Origin: Acidimicrobiia bacterium
GTDB taxonomy: Bacteria; Actinomycetota; Acidimicrobiia; Acidimicrobiales; Ilumatobacteraceae
Reading direction: 5' to 3'
NCBI GenBank assembly: GCA_043730435.1
Contig: JAYTKG010000180.1
Coordinates: forward strand, 1 to 41,039
Length of the DNA stretch: 41,039 nt
The position numbers were made by a program, and so were the translations under genes. Each line of letters opens with the position of its first letter. Position 1 is the stretch's first letter. The notes beneath the pieces are model-generated. The model saw nothing but the letters and a program-made list of their open reading frames with translations, was not told the origin of the DNA and did no database searches. Of the stretch, positions 1 to 7,093 are shown one piece after another.

Positions 1-114
1 CAACTCGGCTACGCCGACCAAGCCCACCTCACCAGTGCAGTCAGTGCAGCGTACGGCGCACCACCGGCCGCGTTCGCCCGCCAAGAGGCCAGCGGAGTCA
101 GCCCAGTCAGCTGA
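1..114 (+). CDS. AraC/XylS-family regulator, C-terminal fragment (gene begins upstream of the window)
   Basis: Frame 1 is open from base 1 to TGA at 112-114. Translation is [37 protein letters not shown], which resembles the last HTH helix of AraC-type proteins (GY.D..H....F....G..P..FR). It is too short for the ORF track. Its stop overlaps the convergent aminotransferase stop within TCAGCTGA. Confidence 0.4.
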   Translation, partial: QLGYADQAHLTSAVSAAYGAPPAAFARQEASGVSPVS

Positions 115-1363
115 TGGCCTTGGCTAAGGCGGCGATGCCGCGCTCGATCGTTGGGCTGTCGTAGTAGGCAAAGCTGAGGCGCATGTAGTTGGCAAGGCTG
201 CCACCAACGGTGAATTTGCTGCCGCTGCGGAAGCCGACCTTGTGCTCGGCTGCCTTCGGAAGGAATGTTGTGGTGTCGATGTCCTTGGGGAAACGCAGCC
301 AGAAGAAGTAGCCACCGTCGGGTACGTAGTACTTCACCGTCGAGGGAAAGTGGGCGCTCAATGACGCATCCATCACCATGACGCGCTCGCGATATGTGGT
401 GCGCAGGAAATCGAGATAGTTGCGAAGTGAACCATCTTCCACGAGCGTCCTGACGATGGCGGAGGTGAACGGATTGAGTCCGCCTCCACTTACGATGAAA
501 CCGGCGTTGGCGAGCCGCTCTATCAGGGGCATGGCGGCCTGGATCCAGCCGAGCCGTAATCCTGGCGCAAGGATCTTGGTGAACGTGCTCAGCGAGAGCA
601 CCACACCGCTGTCGACGTACGCGGCCATGGGCGGCGGCACCGATGCGGTATAGCTCAGCAGGTGATACACCTCGTCGGCGACGATCAGGAACTCATGCTC
701 TTTCGCCAGTGCTACCAGACGTTCACGGCGCTCGACCGGCAGCGTGTAGCCGGTGGGATTTTGGAACGTGGGAATGATGTAGATGAACCCCGGTCGCTCG
801 TCGGCCAGCGCGGCTTCGAGCGCGTCGATGCGAAGGCCGTGTTCATCGACGGGGATGCCAACAATGCGTAGGTGATGCTGACGGAAAATGTCGAGGGCCA
901 GGAAGTAGCTCGGCTCCTCGACAAATACCACGTCGCCCGGCTTGGTGAACACGCTGCAGACAAGATCGATGGCTTGTGAGTTGCCGTTGGTGATGAAGAT
1001 CGGTTCCGGGTCGCACGGCACTCCGTACGCCTCGGTGAGGAAGTTTGCAAGCGCAATGCGCAGGTACCCGTCCCCGAGCTCCGTTCCATACTGCAGCGAA
1101 TACGGCTCGATGCCTTTGGCCATCGCGGCACGAAAGAGCTCGGTAGGCAAGATTGCGTCCTGCGGATGGCCGATGCCAAAGTCGACCACGTCGGACGGCG
1201 CCCACGCCTGCGTGGTCTGCGCGATAAGTGCCGCCCGACGACCTGGATCGAGGGCTATTTCGGGTCCAGTTCCAACGACAGGCTGTTCATGCAATAGCGC
1301 TGACCGGTGGGATTGGGTCCGTCGGGGAAGCGATGACCGAGGTGGGAACCGCACTTCTTGCAC
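107..1363 (-). CDS. PLP-dependent aminotransferase, class I/II (AADAT/LysN-like)
   Basis: 418-aa ORF with the fold-type I pattern: DFGIGHP near the N-terminus, NPTG, and the lysine motif [17 protein letters not shown]. The start is uncertain. ATG at 1363 would overlap msrB by 109 nt. An in-frame TTG at 1294 or GTG at 1189 are alternatives. Confidence 0.85.
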   Translation of the reverse strand: MQEVRFPPRSSLPRRTQSHRSALLHEQPVVGTGPEIALDPGRRAALIAQTTQAWAPSDVVDFGIGHPQDAILPTELFRAAMAKGIEPYSLQYGTELGDGYLRIALANFLTEAYGVPCDPEPIFITNGNSQAIDLVCSVFTKPGDVVFVEEPSYFLALDIFRQHHLRIVGIPVDEHGLRIDALEAALADERPGFIYIIPTFQNPTGYTLPVERRERLVALAKEHEFLIVADEVYHLLSYTASVPPPMAAYVDSGVVLSLSTFTKILAPGLRLGWIQAAMPLIERLANAGFIVSGGGLNPFTSAIVRTLVEDGSLRNYLDFLRTTYRERVMVMDASLSAHFPSTVKYYVPDGGYFFWLRFPKDIDTTTFLPKAAEHKVGFRSGSKFTVGGSLANYMRLSFAYYDSPTIERGIAALAKAIS

Positions 1364-1647
1364 ACCACTTCTTCGCGAACCATTCCGTGGCTGCGATCCG
1401 TCTTCACCTCGACCGCATCGCTGTCCATTGGGTCGTAGAAGCTAGGCCAGCCACTACCCGACTCGAACTTGGTGTCGGAGGAAAAAAGCTCGGCCTTACA
1501 AGCAGCGCAACGGTAGACACCATCGTCGTGGCAGTCGACGTACTTGCCGGCCCAGGCTCGCTCGGTACCGGCCTGGCGCAACACCTGGTATTGCTCGGGC
1601 GTAAGGATCTTGCGCCACTCTTCTTCAGTCTTTTCGATTTCGGGCAT
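1255..1647 (-). CDS. msrB: Peptide-methionine (R)-S-oxide reductase MsrB
   Basis: 130 aa with two CxxC zinc pairs (CAAC, CKKC) and the SelR signature GWPSF...[11 protein letters not shown]...RYCMNS. Confidence 0.95.
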   Translation of the reverse strand: MPEIEKTEEEWRKILTPEQYQVLRQAGTERAWAGKYVDCHDDGVYRCAACKAELFSSDTKFESGSGWPSFYDPMDSDAVEVKTDRSHGMVREEVVCKKCGSHLGHRFPDGPNPTGQRYCMNSLSLELDPK

Positions 1648-1741
1648 GTGAATATTCTCGCACCGGGATCGGCGATTCGAAACGCCGGGTACCTAAACAG
1701 CTCCTTACGAGCGTTTTCGACCGGTTCACCATCCCGAGGGG

Positions 1742-1786
1742 CGCTGTCACGGCTGACGGCCGCTATGGCCGCGTGACGTGACAGCG
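1742..1786. repeat. 45-nt palindromic element, copy 1 (also terminator-like for the DUF559 gene)
   Basis: cgctgtcacg...cgtgacagcg forms a perfect 10-bp outer stem, with an inner cggcc/ggccg stem. It lies directly downstream of the DUF559 stop at 1788. Copy 2 is at 2741-2785. Confidence 0.6.
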
Positions 1787-1787
1787 T

Positions 1788-2704
1788 TCAGGCTGCGAGG
1801 CCCAATAGACCTCGAGTGAGTCGTTCAAGGACCCAGTCGGGCCGATACCTGACGTCGTCATAGGTGAAGGTGAGTACCCGCCTACCAAGAAGCACGAGTT
1901 CGGACTGCCGCGCGGCATCGCGCTGAAGCTGCTGCCGTGTCGAGTGATACCCGAATCCGGTGACTTCCACGATCAAGCCTCCCGAGAACTCGAAATCGAC
2001 TCGGGCGATAACGGTTGACCCGGATCGGTACGTGCGCTGCATCGTCGGTCGATCGAGTTTTCCGAGGCGGACCAACCGAAGAAACATGCGTTCAAGGCGG
2101 CTTTCACCGCCGGTGTCAACCAAGGCGTCCAGCAGGATTCGCCCGCCGTTGATACCCCGACGATGCCGATCCACAACGCGGGTCCGGAGGCGCTGTTCCG
2201 AAACCAACCGCTGTCGAATGGCCGAATCGATTGCGTTCTCGATCTCGGCCCTGTCGAAATCAAACAACGGCCCGTCAAGGATGAGACGCTCGGGCCGAAG
2301 TACTCGAAGACCGTCTATAGCGGTGGCATCTCGTCCGCCAATCTCGCTCGCCGTTGATCGGATCGTGATGTGAGGTTGCGCGACCGACGAGGCACGAGGA
2401 GCTCGACGGAATTGTCCTGAAAGCCGTCGAGACCGTGAAGGCGGGCTGCGGACCGACCAGCGAGGACCCCGCACTCGCCCACATCAGCCAGACCAGCCGC
2501 CAGCGATTGCTTCCACGTAGACGGTGTGCCGGCTAGTGTGTAGGACTTCTCGCCCAGCTCCACGAGACGGCCAGCCCGCACCCATTTGAGGCGGAGACTC
2601 GCGTCGACCCCCAGTCGGCCAAGTTTCTGGCGGGAGACAACACCGTGGTTGGCGGCCGCTGTGGCCGCAATAGCGTCAAATCGAGCGTTCACCCTGCACA
2701 GCAT
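1788..2704 (-). pseudogene. DUF559 (Vsr-like endonuclease fold) protein with AbiEi-like N-terminal domain, frameshifted
   Basis: The N-terminal half (...HGVVSRQKLGRLGVD...VELLVPRRSRNL) is in the frame of ORF 2315..2749. The C-terminal half (PHITIRST...DGLRVLRPERLILD...VDFEF...VEVTGFGYHSTRQQLQRDAARQSEL...) is in the frame of ORF 1788..2474. The frames switch at about 2372-2389. The likely start is ATG at 2704. Confidence 0.75.
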
Positions 2705-2740
2705 GTCGAAGGGGTGTATCAGGGTTGCAAGAAGACCAGG

Positions 2741-2785
2741 CGCTGTCACGACATGCGGCCGGTCTGGCCGCCGATAGTGACAGCG
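2741..2785. repeat. 45-nt palindromic element, copy 2
   Basis: cgctgtcac...gtgacagcg outer stem with an inner gcggcc/ggccgc stem. It has the same length and arm sequences as copy 1 and sits 37 nt upstream of the DUF559 ATG. Confidence 0.6.
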
Positions 2786-2819
2786 TCTCTCGGCGGCTCT
2801 CGAGCAGTAGCCTCACGGC

Positions 2820-3284
2820 ATGACCCGGCCTGTGCCCAGCTTGGTGAAGTTCCTGGCGGGGCTGGCCCCGGTGCTGGCATCGCCCATCATCACGTATGCG
2901 CTCATGGGGGATCAGGCCAGCACCAAGGATCCGAACCCCGACTATTTCCTTCATCCGCTGGCCATCTCGCCGTCGACCGTAACGACCATTGCGTTGATCG
3001 CCACGGTGCTCGCTCTGGTCGGGCTCGGCGTGCTGGTCCCGCGATGGAACGAAGGTTCGCTGCATCCTGCGTGGAAACGTGTGGTGGTGTGTCTGGTCCT
3101 CGGCGGGATCCTGGTTGGAGGGTTCTACCGGGTCGCAACAGCAGCCGTGATCGGAGCCAACATCGGCGCGGGTGTCATGGTGCTCTTTGCCGGACCGGCG
3201 TTGCTCGCACTGCTTGTCGGCGCGTTCTTCTCCGCTCGAAAGGCACGGGAGCCCAACGGGTCGACTACTCCGGTGGCGCAGTAA
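2820..3284 (+). CDS. Hypothetical integral membrane protein (about 4 TM segments)
   Basis: 154-aa ORF with GC-rich third codon positions and four hydrophobic stretches (LAGLAPVLASPIITYAL; TIALIATVLALVGLGVLV; VVVCLVLGGILVGGF; GAGVMVLFAGPALLALLVGAFF). I recognise no family. Confidence 0.65.
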   Translation: MTRPVPSLVKFLAGLAPVLASPIITYALMGDQASTKDPNPDYFLHPLAISPSTVTTIALIATVLALVGLGVLVPRWNEGSLHPAWKRVVVCLVLGGILVGGFYRVATAAVIGANIGAGVMVLFAGPALLALLVGAFFSARKAREPNGSTTPVAQ

Positions 3285-3864
3285 ATCGGCGACGCTGCCA
3301 ACGCATGGGCACCTTGACGCGTTGGTCGAGTTTGCCCGACCACTTCGGTGCCAGGCCCTCATGTTGGAGCGCATCGACCAGCTCGGCCGCAATCGATAGC
3401 GCGGCCGCAGGGTAGGCGTCAGGCCCTATGTCGCCAACGGCGGTGTACGACAGGCCGAGGCCGTGCCCATCAACGGCGCGCTCGGTGTCGTTCCAATGGA
3501 AGAACACAAGGCCGCGTACCGTTTGGCCAAGCGAAGCAGCGTTCTCAACTTCGCCTGCGACTGCCGCGAATCCGCAATTTTGACAGCACGCAAAGTTCTG
3601 CCGAAAGAGAATGCCGTTTGCTTCCAGCGCCATCGCTGCGTGACCGAGCCGGTCGTTGTCTGTTGTGCCCCACATCCGCTCTTCGTGGTCGTGAGCGACG
3701 AGCGCCCGATCAACCGCATCGGCCGAGCACTGCGCGAGTTCAGGTGTCGGATCACCGTGGCCAATTACCTCGATGATCTCGCTCACCGCTTCATCGCGAG
3801 TAGCGAATCCGGCCCGCACGATCCGGTCCGCCAGTTCCACGATCTCTGCTTCAGCGGCCGGCAC
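3265..3864 (-). CDS. Conserved hypothetical protein with CCxxC cluster (possibly DUF6891-like; from memory, unverified)
   Basis: 199-aa ORF with protein-like composition and the motifs FACCQNCGF and GLVFFHWND. GTG start. It overlaps the convergent membrane-protein gene by 20 nt. Confidence 0.65.
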   Translation of the reverse strand: MPAAEAEIVELADRIVRAGFATRDEAVSEIIEVIGHGDPTPELAQCSADAVDRALVAHDHEERMWGTTDNDRLGHAAMALEANGILFRQNFACCQNCGFAAVAGEVENAASLGQTVRGLVFFHWNDTERAVDGHGLGLSYTAVGDIGPDAYPAAALSIAAELVDALQHEGLAPKWSGKLDQRVKVPMRWQRRRFTAPPE

Positions 3865-4030
3865 CCATCCAACCTATGAGCCTCTGTAGCGAACCGCACG
3901 GAACACCGGGCCCGGGGGTGCGCGAGTTGATCTGTCATGACGCGTCGGTGCTATCAGGGCCAGCGATGGATCCTCGGTCGAGCCTTAGGGAGCAAGTCGA
4001 CGAGGTCTTTGATGTCGCTGACGTCGCCGG

Positions 4031-5188
4031 TCACTGGACAAGTCGTTCGAGCGTGTCGACGTGGTCGGCGGGTGACGGCATCGCCAAGATTTCAGCCGAA
4101 AGTTGCGTGGCGGCGAATCGGTACTCGGCGTGTTCGAGAAGCGCCGACGCAGCAGCGTGGATCGAGGCGCTGTCCCGGTGGTTCTCTTCGAGCACAATGG
4201 CTGCTCCGGTCCGGACGATGGCGTCTGCGTTTTCCCATTGATCGGCCCATGTCGGAATCACGAGTTGGGGAATTGCCGCACACGCACTAGCCAACATCGT
4301 GCCCGCTCCCGCATGGGACACAACGAGTGCGACTCGTTCAAGAACGAGTTCCTGAGCGACGAACCGTTCGACGCGTACATTTGCCGGTATCGGCCCGAGG
4401 CCGTCGATAGGAAACTGGGGCCCTATCGTGGCTAATACGTCGACATCCAATGACGAGAACGCATCGAACATCTCCCGCCATGGTGCGAGCGTTGCGACGA
4501 TCGGTGTCGTTCCAGCGGTCACATAGATGGCCGGACGATCACGACCCAACGCTGCGATCCACTCAGGAACATCACCGTGGTCCTCGGTGACGTTCAACGG
4601 TCTCATCTCGCAACTTTGATGGAGGTTGCTGGCCTGCCCCATTGATTTTGCGAATGGGTGAAAGTACACGTCGCCCGCGAGGTCGCTCATCGTTGGCGGC
4701 GGTAGCCGAAGAGATTCCCACACGGGCGCAAGCGCTGCTTCGGCCATCGGAACCGCATCATCAGGAAGGGCGCCGCTGTAGGCCACGGTCACATGCGGAA
4801 CGCCATGCGCAACAGCATGTGGCGCCGCACCCTGTTCCGCGGTTTCATGAACGACAACCTCGGGTCGAAACCGATCAAAGATTGCCCCCAAGTCAGACAC
4901 CATCTTCGGTGCGGCTGCCTGAGCGAACAGCCCAGCGAACAGGCGACCTCGGCGCAGCCTTGGCGGACCGCTCAAGATGTCAGCGAACTGTGGCTGGAGA
5001 AACGCACCCCGCTCTGCCACGGTCATTCCGGCAACAGCGACCTCAAACCCGTGTCGACGAACCAAATCGCGACCATCCTCGGCGACCGCCCACAACACCT
5101 CGTGGCCACGATCACGAAGCGCCTTCGCGAAGGGCATGATCGGGTACGCATGACCGGTCCCCGGCGTCGATGTGACGAGCACACGCAT
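4031..5188 (-). CDS. GT1-family (UDP-glycosyltransferase/MGT-like) glycosyltransferase
   Basis: N-terminus MRVLVTSTPGTGHAYPIMPFAKAL and the C-terminal nucleotide-sugar motif VSHAGAGTMLASACAAIPQLVIPTWADQWENA. ATG at 5188 is preferred over the upstream TTG at 5209. Confidence 0.85.
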   Translation of the reverse strand: MRVLVTSTPGTGHAYPIMPFAKALRDRGHEVLWAVAEDGRDLVRRHGFEVAVAGMTVAERGAFLQPQFADILSGPPRLRRGRLFAGLFAQAAAPKMVSDLGAIFDRFRPEVVVHETAEQGAAPHAVAHGVPHVTVAYSGALPDDAVPMAEAALAPVWESLRLPPPTMSDLAGDVYFHPFAKSMGQASNLHQSCEMRPLNVTEDHGDVPEWIAALGRDRPAIYVTAGTTPIVATLAPWREMFDAFSSLDVDVLATIGPQFPIDGLGPIPANVRVERFVAQELVLERVALVVSHAGAGTMLASACAAIPQLVIPTWADQWENADAIVRTGAAIVLEENHRDSASIHAAASALLEHAEYRFAATQLSAEILAMPSPADHVDTLERLVQ

Positions 5189-5320
5189 GACAAACGGTAC
5201 CCCTTTCAACGGACAGCGAATTCATGGTGATCGCTGACGTTGCGTCTCTATGTACTCGGTGAACGTCACCTTGCACGGCTCGTCCCATGTTTCCCAGACC
5301 TCAGGCAATCAGGTTGCGCT

Positions 5321-5339
5321 GGTCGTACTGCGGTCGTAC
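5321..5339 (+). promoter_or_regulatory. Tandem direct repeat GGTCGTAC-n3-GGTCGTAC, candidate operator of the RHH antitoxin
   Basis: Identical 8-mers at 5321-5328 and 5332-5339 (period 11 nt), ending 10 nt before the proposed GTG start at 5349. Confidence 0.35.
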
Positions 5340-5348
5340 CATGTAGGG

Positions 5349-5594
5349 GTGTCATCGGTTGTCAAACGTTCGGTTTCTCTTCCCGCAGAGCTCTTCGAGC
5401 GACTTGAGTCTGAAGCCGCTGAACAGGGGCGGACGGTGTCTGCCACCCTCGCCGATGCTGCCGACCTGTGGCTTTCGACGCGGAAAGGGCTAAAGGCGGT
5501 GCGCGCCTGGGAGCGGTCGAATGGGGCATTGACCGCGGCTGAGCTCGCTGAGGCGGACGTGATCCTCGATCGAGCCGGAGTCGGTCGTCGCTGA
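5349..5594 (+). CDS. Ribbon-helix-helix (CopG/VapB-like) antitoxin
   Basis: KRSVSLPAELFERLESEAAEQGRTVSATLADA is a typical RHH N-terminus. Its stop overlaps the PIN toxin ATG by 1 nt. The start (GTG at 5349) is inferred; the ORF track starts at 5250. Confidence 0.7.
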   Translation: MSSVVKRSVSLPAELFERLESEAAEQGRTVSATLADAADLWLSTRKGLKAVRAWERSNGALTAAELAEADVILDRAGVGRR

Positions 5595-6004
5595 TGGCTA
5601 AGGCCAAGACAGTCAAAGGACCATTGGGGATTCTCTACGACAGCGGGGCATTGATCGCTGCCGACCGTGATAGCCGGAGAATGTGGGCGATCCATGCGAG
5701 GGCGCTCCAGCGGGGCATCCGCCCAATTGTTCCGGCTGGGTGCGTCGTGGAGGCCTGGCGTGGGGCTCGCCAGCCAAACCTTGCCCGACTACTCGAAGGA
5801 TGTGAGGTCGAGACACTCGACGAGATTCGGGGAAAGCGGGCGGGCACGATGCGAGCGGGCGTTACCGGGACGGTAAGTGCCGTTGATGCAACGGTTGTCG
5901 AAGCAGGCGTTCGGCGTGGAGCGGCAATCGCCACTTCGGACAGATCAGACATTGAGAGTCTTGCCGCAGCCGCAAGGCGACGCGTCGCCATCATCGACAT
6001 CTGA
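5594..6004 (+). CDS. vapC: PIN-domain toxin (VapC-like)
   Basis: 136 aa with acidic PIN positions (ILYDSGALIA, DATVVE, ATSDRSD). It is coupled to the upstream RHH gene. Confidence 0.8.
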   Translation: MAKAKTVKGPLGILYDSGALIAADRDSRRMWAIHARALQRGIRPIVPAGCVVEAWRGARQPNLARLLEGCEVETLDEIRGKRAGTMRAGVTGTVSAVDATVVEAGVRRGAAIATSDRSDIESLAAAARRRVAIIDI

Positions 6005-6112
6005 CGGCTTCCGCCAGGACCATCGGAGCTAGTCGGTGATTTCGCCGTCCCCGTGTGAACGTCCGGGTTGTGGAACGGTCTCTTGGGAGCGGTCTTAGAG
6101 ACTGGGTCCGAG

Positions 6113-7093
6113 TTATGCCGGATTTTTGAACCAGGCGGCGAGGGCTTCGAGGCCTTCGTCGATGGTGATCCGGGGTGACCATCCGAGATCGTGTTTGGCT
6201 GGGCGGGGATCGAACCAGTGGGCGGTGCCGAGTTGCTCGGCCAAGAAGCGAGTGAGTGGCGGCTCGGTGGTTCGTCGGGTGATCTTCCACGTTCGTTCTA
6301 CGATCGAACCGGCCACCTTGGCGATGGCCAGGGGCACATCCCTCGGTGCGAACGGCACGCTGGCCGCGGCACAGATGCCGGCCACCAAGTCGCGGATTGG
6401 CCGAGGTTCGCCGTTGGCAATCACGTAGGCACGGCCTGCGCACGCGGCGCCCGGACGAACCCGGTCGAGCGCGGCCACAAGGGACTCGGCTGCGTTCGTG
6501 ATGTACGTCGTATCGATGAGCGCAGCACCCCCTCCGACGAGCGCGAGCCGTCCGCTTCTCGCTCGGTCAACGATGCGGCCGACCAGCTGGGTATCACCCG
6601 GCCCCCACACGAGGTGCGGGCGAATGGCGACCACGGCAAGGTCGCTGGCGTTCGCAGCCAGCGCCGCCTGTTCGGCCATGGCTTTGGATTCGGCATAGAA
6701 GGCGTTCTTCCGTCCGAGTATCGGCGGTTCGGCACCGAGTCCGGCAATGGCGTCACCCCCGTGGGCCACGGACGGAGAAGAGACGTACACAATGCGCTCG
6801 ATGTCAGCTGCTCGGGCCGCGGCCAAGACGTTGTTGGTGCCGTCCACGTTGATGGCCCGGTAGTCAGCCCACGAGCCGACCACGCCAACCTTGGCTGCGG
6901 CATGGACGATGGCATCACACCCATCCGCCGCGCTTTGTACGGCCATGGCATCTCGAATGTCGGCGGTGACTTGCTCGGCTGCCAACGTCGACCGGCCTCG
7001 TTGCAGGCACACCACTTCGTCGCCCCGCGCCAGCAGGATCTCGGCGGTGGTGCGAGCCAACAGGCTGGTGGCCCCGGTCACCAGAACTTTCAC
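6113..7093 (-). CDS. oleD: OleD, NAD(P)H-dependent 2-alkyl-3-ketoalkanoate reductase (3beta-HSD/extended SDR family)
   Basis: N-terminal Rossmann segment MKVLVTGATSLLA and catalytic YAESK (YxxxK). GTG start overlaps the oleBC stop (GTGA). It is the last gene of the ole cluster. Confidence 0.8.
   Translation of the reverse strand: MKVLVTGATSLLARTTAEILLARGDEVVCLQRGRSTLAAEQVTADIRDAMAVQSAADGCDAIVHAAAKVGVVGSWADYRAINVDGTNNVLAAARAADIERIVYVSSPSVAHGGDAIAGLGAEPPILGRKNAFYAESKAMAEQAALAANASDLAVVAIRPHLVWGPGDTQLVGRIVDRARSGRLALVGGGAALIDTTYITNAAESLVAALDRVRPGAACAGRAYVIANGEPRPIRDLVAGICAAASVPFAPRDVPLAIAKVAGSIVERTWKITRRTTEPPLTRFLAEQLGTAHWFDPRPAKHDLGWSPRITIDEGLEALAAWFKNPA

Noticed and set aside
1255-1363. 109-nt same-strand overlap between msrB and the downstream aminotransferase as a possible genuine overlapping-gene arrangement
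   Set aside because: The more likely explanation is an over-extended start call. The region upstream of the DFGIGHP motif is Arg/Ser/Pro-rich, and an in-frame TTG (1294) exists. There is no evidence for functional overlap.
2645-3415. 256-aa plus-strand ORF and 238-aa minus-strand ORF (2676..3392) overlapping the 4-TM gene
   Set aside because: Both are Arg/Gly/His-rich shadow frames. The 2820..3284 frame has coherent TM segments and GC-rich third codon positions.
3952-4030. Open frame immediately after the glycosyltransferase stop (TGDVSDIKDLVDLLPKARPRIHRWP*) as a possible read-through or ancestral C-terminus
   Set aside because: The GT is already full length for its family (about 385 aa) with a complete C-terminal motif. 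A 25-codon open stretch is expected by chance in GC-rich DNA.
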